Shown here one piece after another: positions 44,147 through 53,032 of a stretch of DNA of 64,000 nucleotides. The translations under genes and the position numbers were made by a program. Each line of letters starts with the position of its first letter. The stretch's first letter is position 1. The notes under the pieces were generated by a model that worked only from the letters and a program-made list of their open reading frames with translations, was not told where the DNA came from and made no database searches. The stretch comes from an uncultured Candidatus Saccharibacteria bacterium (GTDB taxonomy: Bacteria; Patescibacteriota; Doudnabacteria; UBA920): the NCBI GenBank assembly GCA_964597895.1, contig CAZQZS010000001.1, positions 183,178 through 247,177 of the forward strand. Direction: 5' to 3'.

Positions 44147-44389
44147 ATGCAAGAAAAAGAACCTGCAGAAATCATTTGCGAAATGATTCGCAAAGGAGAA
44201 TTGTCTTGTACAATCAATCCTGACGGAACATTTACAAAAGCTGCTGAAGAACGAATAAGCCGGAAAATTGATGCATCTGAAAATGTTTTTAGTAGTAATA
44301 TAAAAACATTAAAAGATATGCGGACATTCTCAGCAGAAGATTTGAATTCTTACATCGGTCCTACGAAAGAAAATTCCTATGACCGATAG
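44147..44389 (+). CDS. Small hypothetical protein (80 aa)
   Basis: SD gggggg. Confidence 0.5.
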   Translation: MQEKEPAEIICEMIRKGELSCTINPDGTFTKAAEERISRKIDASENVFSSNIKTLKDMRTFSAEDLNSYIGPTKENSYDR

Positions 44390-44395
44390 TCACAA

Positions 44396-44431
44396 AAGAC
44401 GCATCACCCATGGCGCGTCTTTTTTATTTTT
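44396..44431 (+). terminator. Rho-independent terminator after small-protein cassette
   Basis: aagacgc...gcgtctt then ttttttatttt. Confidence 0.8.
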
Positions 44432-44476
44432 GTGGTATAATTAATGTAAGTTTTTAGCAGTACGAAACCAAAACCA

Positions 44477-44809
44477 ATGGCGAATTTGCCAAAATACAAA
44501 CAATTTATCAGCGAGTTTGTTCGCCAACAGATTAACGTGCTTGGGCCGCAAATTGCTGTCAGTACCGCCAATCGCACAGCGGGCCTGCAGGTAGATTATA
44601 AAGGGTCCGTAATTGTGATTGAAGGGGATGCAACTTTGGTTCTGAAAGGGTTACTCTCAGAATTTAGCAAACTGATCCCGCAATTGACTTCATATTTTGT
44701 TGAAGGCTTTTTTGCTAAATACCCTGATATTGCAGAGGAGTACGGTGAGTCACCGGCAAAAAGCAATTTTCATTGTGCCTTGAAGCAATCCAAAAATTCT
44801 GCCAAATAA
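44477..44809 (+). CDS. Hypothetical protein (110 aa)
   Basis: Follows TGTGGTATAAT promoter at 44431-44441. Confidence 0.5.
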   Translation: MANLPKYKQFISEFVRQQINVLGPQIAVSTANRTAGLQVDYKGSVIVIEGDATLVLKGLLSEFSKLIPQLTSYFVEGFFAKYPDIAEEYGESPAKSNFHCALKQSKNSAK

Positions 44810-46476
44810 TGACCGTTGTAGTTTTATTACTCATAGATTTTTTCCTGCTTTCTCTTGTGTTGGCGTTTTATTTGCGCAAGATTTATAAAGAGCGCCAAGA
44901 GTTGCTTGGGCACGCGAACGAATCTTACCAGCTACAGCAGCAGATGTATCAAGTGGAAGTGCTGCAAGAAATTAGTGAGCGCTTGGGGTATTCGCTAGAG
45001 GGAAGTAAGGTTATTGAAATCATTACGAATAGTATCGGTAACTTATTAGAGTATGAGACCGTATCATTCATGCTTTATAACCAGCCAGAAAAAGTCGTCT
45101 TTAAGTGTCACGTTCACCAAAGCGTTAACCATAGATTTATCACTGAAGTTAAAGAGCATATGATTACTGCTACAGAGTTGCTCTGCGGTGGTTTGGATAA
45201 AAATATTAAATTTGATGATACAATTGGCGGCTCTTTGCTTCAAGACCACTTGGACGTTGATGTAAAATCTTATGTTAATATCCCTGTTATCATTGGTAAC
45301 GAGCTGTTAGGATTAATTAATATTTCTTCCTCAAAGCCTAATCTGTTTAAGTACGATCAGGCGGCTATTTTGTTTAACATTACTAATCAGGCTGCCAAGG
45401 CTGTGAGTCAGCTACAGACTTTACTAGAAAGCGAAAAGGGTAAGTTGATCGGCATTATCGCTGCTATGACCGATGGTGTAATGATGGTTGATTTGGATAA
45501 TAAATTGGAAATTTATAATCCTGCAGTGGTTGATTTGCTGGAGTTACCAGTAGGCCGCGAAATTACTATGTTTGATATTGTTGACTCCCTTGCCGGTAAA
45601 GTGGATTTGCGAACGAAGATTGACGAAGCCTTGGCCAAGAGCGCACCGGTGACGATTAATGATTTGGTGTTGCGTGATAAAGCTTTTGAAATCACTATTA
45701 CGCCAGTGCGCGACCATGCCGGTAATCAGCGAGGTGCGGCAGTGATTTTGCATGATGTCACTTCAGAAAAATCTTTAGAGAAGCTGCGTCAAGAATTTAC
45801 CGCTATGATGGTGCACGAGCTGCGCGCGCCGCTTACAGCAGTGCGTTGGAGCGCGGAAAGCTTGCTCAAAAATTTAACAGACGCCAAAGCGCAACTAGAA
45901 GCTGCCAAACTTAAAGAAAGCATTTCTAATATTGATATCTCTGCCACTAACATGCTTGATTTGGTTAATGATTTGCTGGATGTAGCTAAAATTGAAGCTG
46001 GTAAGTTTGATTTGAATATCCAAGAGTACGATTTGTCTGGAATTATCAGCGATGAAGTTTCTACATTCAAGGCTTTGGCCGAGAGCAAGCATTTAACTTT
46101 GAACTTTATAACGCCTGGAGTGATCAAGGTTAAGTGTGACAAGATTCGTATTGGCCAGGTCATCAGTAATTTATTGAGCAATGCCATCAAGTATACCGAT
46201 AGCGGTCAAGTAGACATTCACTTATCTACAGATCCCGCCAAGCAGCAAGTTGTGGTGGCAGTTAAAGATAGCGGCCTAGGGGTAAGCCGGGAAGATTTGG
46301 CTGTACTGTTCTCCAAGTTTAAGCAGCTGAAGAGTTTTGATCGCACTAAAAAAGGCACTGGTTTGGGTTTGGTGGTTAGCAGAGGGATTATAGAGGCCCA
46401 CCAAGGTAAAATCTGGGCGGAAAGCGCTGGGGAAAACCTGGGTTCTACTTTCTCTTTCAGTTTGCCCCTAAATTAA
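44808..46476 (+). CDS. Sensor histidine kinase (TM, GAF/PAS-like sensor, HisKA, HATPase_c)
   Basis: H-box MMVHELRAPLTAV; G2 box GTGLGLVVSRGIIEAHQGKIWAES. Confidence 0.85.
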
Positions 46477-46517
46477 CAGAATAGTATAATTAAGTCACTT
46501 AATTAAGGAGTTAAAAA

Positions 46518-46898
46518 ATGCCCAAAATTGTGTGTGCTGAAGATGACCAGATGATTGCCGCCTCGTTAGTAGAGGGTTTTAAAGGTGCTGGTTTTGAGGT
46601 TATTTCTGCATATGATGGCGAGGAGGCTTTGACCAAAATCAAAGACACTAAGCCGGATGTGGTTTTATTGGATATCATGATGCCTAAACTAGATGGCATT
46701 GGTGTTGTGTGGGAGCTAAAAGCCGATGCTGATCTGGCTAAGACCCCGGTCGTAATGTTAACTAATCTGAGCGACCCAGCTACTGTTAGCAAGATTTTGG
46801 AAGCAGGTGTTACTGATTATCTGCTTAAAAGCGAACAGACGATTGATGAAATCGTCCACAAAGTAACCGAAGTAATGAACCGTGGTAAAGGCGCCTAA
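46518..46898 (+). CDS. Stand-alone response-regulator receiver domain (CheY-like)
   Basis: DD...D(LLDIMMP)...K pattern, no output domain. Confidence 0.85.
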   Translation: MPKIVCAEDDQMIAASLVEGFKGAGFEVISAYDGEEALTKIKDTKPDVVLLDIMMPKLDGIGVVWELKADADLAKTPVVMLTNLSDPATVSKILEAGVTDYLLKSEQTIDEIVHKVTEVMNRGKGA

Positions 46899-47364
46899 TT
46901 CTCAGCAACTTTACTTAATAGCACACAATATTCGCTCCTTACATAACGTGGGAGCGATTTTTCGCACTGCTGATAGTTTTGGCGTAGACAAGATTTATCT
47001 GACTGGTTATACTGGCACGCCAATTGGTAAGAACGCTGATAAAATTTCTAAAGTTGCTTTAGGCGCGGAACAGTTTGTTCCTTGGGAGAAAGTAAAAAAC
47101 TTGGGACCGCTCTTAAAAAAGTTGAAAGCCAGTGGTGTTCGCATTGCGGTTTTGGAGAATAATGTGAAATATAAAACCACGCCTTTGCCAAAGTTTAAGG
47201 CGAAGTTTCCCATTGCTTTGGTGCTTGGCGAAGAAACTAAAGGCAATACCAAGAAAATTCTGGACCTAGCTGATGATATTTTAGAAATTCCTATGCATGG
47301 CCAAAAAGAAAGCTTGAACGTTTCCGTGGCTTGCGGCGTTGCCCTGTATCAGATTGCAAAATAA
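46882..47364 (+). CDS. SpoU/TrmH-family RNA 2'-O-methyltransferase
   Basis: HNVGAIFRTA, LGEETKG, IPMHGQKESLNVSVACGVALY SPOUT motifs. Confidence 0.8.
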   Translation: MVKAPNSQQLYLIAHNIRSLHNVGAIFRTADSFGVDKIYLTGYTGTPIGKNADKISKVALGAEQFVPWEKVKNLGPLLKKLKASGVRIAVLENNVKYKTTPLPKFKAKFPIALVLGEETKGNTKKILDLADDILEIPMHGQKESLNVSVACGVALYQIAK

Positions 47365-47365
47365 A

Positions 47366-47388
47366 AAGGAACCCGAAGGTTCCATAAG
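47366..47388 (+). terminator. Bidirectional terminator hairpin between convergent genes
   Basis: ggaacc-cgaa-ggttcc. Confidence 0.55.
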
Positions 47389-47389
47389 T

Positions 47390-48169
47390 TTAGGCCATGG
47401 CCGGAGCAAGATGTCTCTTGTAGGCCGTAATTAAATTGCGGGATTTTTCCGAGTCCAGCTGGTCTCGTTCATCCCGAATATTAGTTTCCGCATCAACGCA
47501 GAGCGGATAGTATTTGCGAAGCAGCGGTGCTACATATGGGACTGCTTCTGCATATAGCCCGCCGGCTATGCCGAATCTCAGAGAATTTTGTAGTCCTCTG
47601 GCGTAGAGTTCAGTCAAGTAGCCATCCATCACATCAACTTTGATGCCTTTGCCTGTTCCGCCCGAAGGATCGAGCAGTACATAGTCCACCAAGTCAGCGT
47701 ATTCTTTCTGGACTTTATCGGCAAGAATTTTTGGGTTCTTGTCGATTCTCTCGTAGGCGCCTGGCCCGATTTGCAGGACAATCAGGTGAGGGTAGTACAG
47801 ATTGCGAAATCTTTCGATTTCTTTCGGGTTAGGCCAAACCATGTTTAGCTGAAAACCGTGAAGGTTATGCCAGCCTTTGTCTCCAAGTCGCTGCAGTTCT
47901 GTGGTGAAATTATCGCTGCTGCTGTTATAGTGAATCATATTCAGCAGCCGTGGTGCTTCTAGCAGCAGAGAGGGGACTTCGCTGAGTTTAGGGTAGCGAT
48001 TGGGGTTACTAGCTGGCTCGCCGTTCAAAGTTTTGCGGCTGACCAGAATTCCTAACATCAGATAATAATCGGGGTTAGGGAGAATGGATGTATCGAACAT
48101 ATCCGAGCCAATCACATCGTATGCTTGTTCAGCGGTCGTTATTCCCGTAATTCCATAATAGGGATACAT
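47390..48169 (-). CDS. TIM-barrel protein with phosphoribosylanthranilate-isomerase-like (TrpF-family) motifs
   Basis: VLLDPSGGTGKGIKVD and GIAGGL resemble PRAI phosphate-binding motifs; low-confidence family assignment. Confidence 0.4.
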   Translation of the reverse strand: MYPYYGITGITTAEQAYDVIGSDMFDTSILPNPDYYLMLGILVSRKTLNGEPASNPNRYPKLSEVPSLLLEAPRLLNMIHYNSSSDNFTTELQRLGDKGWHNLHGFQLNMVWPNPKEIERFRNLYYPHLIVLQIGPGAYERIDKNPKILADKVQKEYADLVDYVLLDPSGGTGKGIKVDVMDGYLTELYARGLQNSLRFGIAGGLYAEAVPYVAPLLRKYYPLCVDAETNIRDERDQLDSEKSRNLITAYKRHLAPAMA

Positions 48170-48191
48170 AATCAGCCTCCTGTGGCAGTGT

Positions 48192-48437
48192 TTATTCGGC
48201 AGTTGCGTATTCGAATTTGAATTCGCTGGGGTAGCCTTCGCTCATCCATTTGTTAAGTGATTCTTCGGTTGGCGTACGTTGGCATTCACATGAACACTTG
48301 GCTGTTGGTCGGCCTGGGATTTCGATGTCCCTAAAACATTTATGTTCATGAACGCCTAATGCGCGGCACTCTGGGCAAGTCAACTTGCCATCCTCCTCTA
48401 GGATGGGGTTTCCCGCCCTGTCTTCAATTAGTCCCAT
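48192..48437 (-). CDS. Small Cys-rich (putative Zn-binding) protein; start moved to internal ATG preceded by AAGGAGG
   Basis: CPEC...C..C.C pattern; strong SD 8 nt upstream of internal ATG. Confidence 0.5.
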   Translation of the reverse strand: MGLIEDRAGNPILEEDGKLTCPECRALGVHEHKCFRDIEIPGRPTAKCSCECQRTPTEESLNKWMSEGYPSEFKFEYATAE

Positions 48438-48579
48438 TATTAGTTCCTCCTTTGCGGTAAATTGTGCCATAAAGGGTTAAAAAAAGCTACCCCAGCGGTT
48501 AAGCCCGACTATTCCCTCACAGCAAGTAGGCGCGGGAAATCCTGTTGATAAACCCCTCACTGGAAAGGGGGTGGTTTAG

Positions 48580-49089
48580 ATGTATACTCACCAATCTAAA
48601 AGGAGTAAAATAAGAGATATGTGGAAAAGAAGAAGACTTTTACTTTTATTGAAACATCTTGAAGGGTATATTGGTTCTGTTGCTCACAATCAGGGTGTTG
48701 GAATTTGGACTGACGAGGTTGGGGTGGATTCTATTCGTTTCCAAATATTTTATGAGTATCACAATAAGTTGAGATATTTTATTCAATTTGCCTTTAGGGT
48801 AAATAGAGAGTTTTCTCAAGATGAGGAAATACCTAAACCCAAAAAGAAAAGGTTTAATTTAGCTGAGTTTAATGAACTACTTAATGTTTTAGAAAAAGAA
48901 GGGTTAGTTAAAATAACTAAACTAGCTGTCCACGAAAATATAAGAATTACCCTTGAGGGCGAAGAATATATCAAGCCGGCTTATTTTTACACAGCCATCT
49001 TGGAGAAGTTTAAAATTTGGTATGTATTCTTCGCAGGCTTGCCAATAGGGTTTGTTATAGGAGTAATATACGAATATATTGGTAAATAG
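48580..49089 (+). CDS. Hypothetical protein in AT-rich islet (169 aa), C-terminal TM helix
   Basis: Markedly lower GC than surroundings. Confidence 0.45.
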   Translation: MYTHQSKRSKIRDMWKRRRLLLLLKHLEGYIGSVAHNQGVGIWTDEVGVDSIRFQIFYEYHNKLRYFIQFAFRVNREFSQDEEIPKPKKKRFNLAEFNELLNVLEKEGLVKITKLAVHENIRITLEGEEYIKPAYFYTAILEKFKIWYVFFAGLPIGFVIGVIYEYIGK

Positions 49090-49326
49090 GTGTGGATAAG
49101 ATACATACCAAAATGTATTTAATTGATATACAATAGATATATCAGAACTGTTCTTTCAAAATGAAAGAAAAATATAAGGAAAACATATAAAAGAAAAACC
49201 CGCTTGTTTAGAACAAACAGGTTGACTTTTATTGATTTCTAGTTATAATAAGGTTTCTTCGACTTTATTGCCTAGACGCGGGGCATATACTTGGGAGCAA
49301 CTATATCTGAATTTCAGGTAGTGCTG

Positions 49327-49431
49327 TGGAGAGGGCGCCGGGATTTGAACCCGGACCTTGGCCTAAGTTGGCCTGCCTCTGGGGAGGTACAGTTTTCAAG
49401 ACTGTTGCTTTTTCCATTAAGCTACGCCCCC
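49327..49431 (-). tRNA. tRNA-Ser(UGA)-like, 105 nt, with abnormal 34-nt variable region
   Basis: Acceptor GGGGGCG/CGCCCTC, D arm GCTT-AATGGAAA-AAGC, anticodon arm ACAGT-CTTGAAA-ACTGT, T arm CCGGG-TTCAAAT-CCCGG, encoded CCA. Confidence 0.7.
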
Positions 49432-49534
49432 AAGAGTATACACCCCGCGTCTGAGCAATAATAAAAACGCTCAGTAAATTATTCTCTCAGAAATATTTTC
49501 GAAGGGGATGATTAAGAACTAAGTTTCTAGAAAG

Positions 49535-49681
49535 CTACGTTTTCACTGACGTAGTTTTCTGCTTTTTAGGGCGAGCGGGAAACTTATACCACTTGCCTTT
49601 TGCAAGACGAAGCTTGCCTTTGATGTAGATTCCGTTGCAGAATATATAACCATCTTTTTCAAAGCATTGTTGACTAACCAT
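49535..49681 (-). CDS. Candidate small Lys-rich protein (48 aa, CxxxxxxxC)
   Basis: AGGAGG 11 nt upstream of ATG; not in track (short). Confidence 0.3.
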   Translation of the reverse strand: MVSQQCFEKDGYIFCNGIYIKGKLRLAKGKWYKFPARPKKQKTTSVKT

Positions 49682-49743
49682 AGATAGAAGAGCCTCCTTT
49701 CTCTTCAAAAGCACATCTGAAAGAACAATAGGTAGGTATCAAA

Positions 49744-49854
49744 AAAACTTGTACCCGATTCATAATGCAAGGCGCAGAACCCTTTCGGGAATACGCTTTG
49801 TAGCGCATGGACTTTTTAGTTTCCTTGCACTATGAATCCGACACAAGTTTAGTG
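49744..49854. repeat. Palindromic element: ~28-nt near-perfect inverted repeat (aaacttgtacccgattcataatgcaagg / ccttgcactatgaatccgacacaagttt) flanking 50-nt core with two small hairpins
   Basis: Seen directly; adjacent to IS1595 transposase 3' side. Confidence 0.55.
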
Positions 49855-50012
49855 TCATGGCTCTGCCTATCTTGAGGGGGTCCAACCCTGTTTGTAAAAG
49901 TACTGAAATAAATATAGCATATTCAAAAAGCCAAGCAAATAGCTTGGCTGTGGAAAACTGATTATGAATCAAGAACCAGAAAAACAAGACTTCTTTGACC
50001 TCCTCGACGAAG

Positions 50013-50855
50013 CTATTGGTGAACCAGCCGATTTAAAAGCACCAAGAAAATCGGAACAGGAGAGCGAGAGTGAGTCAGACGAAAGCTAAACTCGTTTAAG
50101 TAGTCCTGCAAATATTTGGGCGAGACTCTATGATACGTGCCATCGATAGACCGCTTGATTTGGCTAAAGAAGCCCTCAACGCTGTTGGTGTGAGTCCAGC
50201 CATTAACATACTGCTTACTAGAGTGGTTCACAGAGCTATGACCATAACCCTTTAGGCTCTTGCGGTTATACACCGAAGCACCGTCAGTCATAATCGCACT
50301 GCCGGCCTCAACCTCGTTATGGATTAACGGAATGGTATTGAACTGCTTTATTTTCTGCATTACCACAGCTTTAGCACTACCGCCACGCTGAACCAAACCT
50401 AAAACCTTTGGAACACCCGCCCTAGAGCGTGGTGTTTTCATTTTCTCCAAGTAGGCTTCATCCACCTCAACCACTCCGCTTAGTTTTAAGTCGCTCAAAT
50501 CCATAAGGGAGCGGATTTGTTTAGCGATACGCCAAGCAGTTTTGTAGGTTACACCCAAGTCTCTTTCCAACTCTTTGCCGGAAACTCCATTACGAGAGTT
50601 GGCGAACTTGTAAATGGCGAAGAACCACAAGACTAAATCTGTTTCTGATTTATGGAAGATAGTCCCAGCAGTGGGGTGAATTTGATAAGCACAGCTAGCG
50701 CAAGCCCACGCTTTGCGTTTCTTAATCCTGTGCCAACTAGACTTCCCACAGTTAGGGCAAGGGAACTGATAGCCATAACGATACTTAAAGATATACTCCA
50801 AGCAAGCGTCATTATCTGGGAAGTCTTTTTTGAAGTCTTTTATTGTGTATTTCAT
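50013..50855 (-). mobile_element. IS1595-family (ISXO2-like) transposase gene; IS boundaries not determined
   Basis: N-terminal Zn-ribbon CPNCG...CASC; DDE region with DEAY, TDGASVY, HSSVNHS..YVNG.HTNSVEGFFSQIKR. Confidence 0.85.
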
Positions 50856-51148
50856 ACATTAAAGTTAATTATATTTTGAGAGTAACTCCATACTTACTTG
50901 TTGTCAAGGGATAGTCGGGCGGTTAAGTGTGCATAACTAGGGAGCTATTTCGGAGAATCATCAAAACCTTTTTAATTAAGAGGGTTTTTTTAGTTTTGAG
51001 GTGAGGTATATAAATTGAAAAATGGGTCAGAGTGGGGTATACTGACTTCAAGTGGAATGGAGTGGGGAAAAGTGGGGATAAGTGGGTGGATAAGTGGACA
51101 ACTCAAATCATTCAGATTTCTGAAACTAACAGTAATAGACGCGAAGAC

Positions 51149-51246
51149 ATCTGGCTTTGCCAGGGTCTGAGCACCCAAGGAAAGGGGAGGCAGGAGCGAA
51201 GCGACGTTGGAAGGAGAAAACCCTTCCCGGGTTTTCTCCTCCAAAC
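51149..51246 (+). repeat. Family-A structured repeat, divergent copy, ending at the mraZ ATG
   Basis: tctggctttgccag...ggaaaggggaggcag...ttggaaggagaaaaccc...gggttttctcctccaaa; compensatory changes in hairpins. Confidence 0.7.
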
Positions 51247-51684
51247 TGTCTTATGTTTATCGGTGAATTTCAAGCATCAATTGATGATAAGGCCCGCGTG
51301 GCAATCCCAGCCAAGTTCCGCAGTTCTTTGAAATCAAAGGTCGTAGTAACCAGAGGGTTGGATAACTCCTTGGTTCTGTACACATTAGACGAATGGAAGA
51401 AGCTTGCCGAGAAGGTGGCTAGTCTCCCAATTTCTACTGCCAACACGCGCGCTTTTTCTCGTCTGATGCTTGCAGGAGCAATGGATTGCGATATTGATAA
51501 GCAGGGTCGCATTGTCATTCCAGGCTACCTCAAGGAATTTGCCAAGATTTCCAAAAAGCTTGTTTTCGCCGGTCTTTATAACCGCGTGGAAATTTGGAGC
51601 GACGAAGCTTGGCAAAAATACAAAACACAAACAGAAAAACAAAGCAATCAAATTGCCGAACAATTGGGTGATCTAGGAGTATAA
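51247..51684 (+). CDS. mraZ: Transcriptional regulator MraZ (track ORF 51157 starts inside repeat)
   Basis: MFIGEFQASIDDKARVAIPAKFR and second SpoVT/AbrB-like repeat. Confidence 0.9.
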   Translation, partial: CLMFIGEFQASIDDKARVAIPAKFRSSLKSKVVVTRGLDNSLVLYTLDEWKKLAEKVASLPISTANTRAFSRLMLAGAMDCDIDKQGRIVIPGYLKEFAKISKKLVFAGLYNRVEIWSDEAWQKYKTQTEKQSNQIAEQLGDLGV

Positions 51685-51685
51685 A

Positions 51686-52615
51686 ATGTTTGCTCATACT
51701 CCCGTATTACTCAAGGAAGTTTTGGAACTGCTGGGGCCCGAGGCGAACACGAATTTTGTGGATGCAACCTTGGGCGGCGGTGGTTACACCAAAGCATTAC
51801 TCTCGCGCACTGCACCGAACGGAAAAGTCTTGGCTATTGATTTGGACCACAAAGCGCTAGACAATGCCCGTCAGAATTTGCCAAAAGACCGACTCATTTT
51901 GGTCCATGGCAACTTTCGAGAGATCGGCCATCATGTCACTGCTCACGACTTTACCGATATTGCCGGAATTGTTGCCGACATCGGCCTATCCAGTTTCCAG
52001 CTGGATCAATCCGGCAGGGGAATCAGCTTTCAGAAAGATGAGCCTCTGGATATGCGCTTTGATGAAAGTTCGGATCAGCCTGACGCTCGATTCATTCTCA
52101 ATCATCATGACACTGCTCAGATTGCCGCCATCTTCCAGGATTACGGCGAAGAGAAGTACAGCCATAAGATTGCTGACCGGATTACAAAGAGTCGTGAACA
52201 GCAGCCAATCAAGACTACTTTCCAGCTTAACGAGTTGATTAAGGACGCCCTGCCAAAGCCTGTGCAGCATAAATGGCAGGATACTGCGCGCCGGATATAC
52301 CAAGCGCTGCGCATCGCGGTCAATCATGAACTGGCAAATCTAGAACGTTTTCTTCCTGAAGCTTTTAACATCCTGGCGCCGGGCGGCACGTTGGTGCTGG
52401 TAACCTTTCACTCTCTTGAAGACCGCATCGTAAAAAACTATTTTAAGTCGCTGGCTGCTGGCTGTATCTGTCCTCCAGAATTCCCGGTCTGCCGCTGCGG
52501 CCGCAGTCCGCAAGCAGAAATCCTCACCAAAAAAGCAGTCATGGCCTCCGAAGAAGAACTAGAGCAAAATTCGCGCGCCAAACCAGCCAAACTGCGCGCC
52601 GTAAAAAAATTATAA
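51686..52615 (+). CDS. rsmH: 16S rRNA (cytosine1402-N4)-methyltransferase RsmH
   Basis: HTPVLLKEVLELL, DATLGGGGY SAM motif. Confidence 0.92.
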   Translation: MFAHTPVLLKEVLELLGPEANTNFVDATLGGGGYTKALLSRTAPNGKVLAIDLDHKALDNARQNLPKDRLILVHGNFREIGHHVTAHDFTDIAGIVADIGLSSFQLDQSGRGISFQKDEPLDMRFDESSDQPDARFILNHHDTAQIAAIFQDYGEEKYSHKIADRITKSREQQPIKTTFQLNELIKDALPKPVQHKWQDTARRIYQALRIAVNHELANLERFLPEAFNILAPGGTLVLVTFHSLEDRIVKNYFKSLAAGCICPPEFPVCRCGRSPQAEILTKKAVMASEEELEQNSRAKPAKLRAVKKL

Positions 52616-52621
52616 ATCTCA

Positions 52622-53023
52622 ATGACAAAAACCAATTCACTCAAATTTTTATCACCTTTTGTAAGTTCCCAGACTAATGGCCGTGGCCAGTCCGCGGTTT
52701 CATGGAGCGGGCGCAATGAATCTCCTGCGCGCGTGGCAATGAACAGTAATTTTGTTGCCAAAGCGTCTTTGCTTGGCGTGGTTGCTATCGCAGCCATGCT
52801 GGCACTGCATTTATACTGGGTCAACACGTATTCCGATAAAGGCTTTGCTTTGAGTGAGGTTCAAGATTCCATCAAAGAACAAACAGAACTTCAGAAAAAA
52901 CTCTTAGTTCAACAGTCGCTATTAAATGCAACCACTGGTTTAACTGAGTCTGCCCAAACTGGGTTAGTAGCCATTACCGACCAGGAGTACTTAGTCAACA
53001 ATAATTTTGCAGCTGCAGAATAA
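52622..53023 (+). CDS. ftsL: FtsL-like cell-division protein (single TM + coiled coil)
   Basis: Position between rsmH and ftsI; TM helix VVAIAAMLALHLYWV. Confidence 0.55.
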   Translation: MTKTNSLKFLSPFVSSQTNGRGQSAVSWSGRNESPARVAMNSNFVAKASLLGVVAIAAMLALHLYWVNTYSDKGFALSEVQDSIKEQTELQKKLLVQQSLLNATTGLTESAQTGLVAITDQEYLVNNNFAAAE

Positions 53024-53032
53024 TCTCTCGTT

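Noticed and set aside
49964-50098. 41-aa acidic ORF MNQEPEKQDFFDLLDEAIGEPADLK...
   Set aside because: It lies antisense across the 3' end of the IS1595 transposase CDS; likely spurious.
49700-51000. Attempt to define IS1595 terminal inverted repeats
   Set aside because: No convincing >15-bp match between the two flanks by eye; the 28-nt palindrome at 49744-49854 is an intra-flank hairpin, not paired IS ends. Needs ISfinder alignment.
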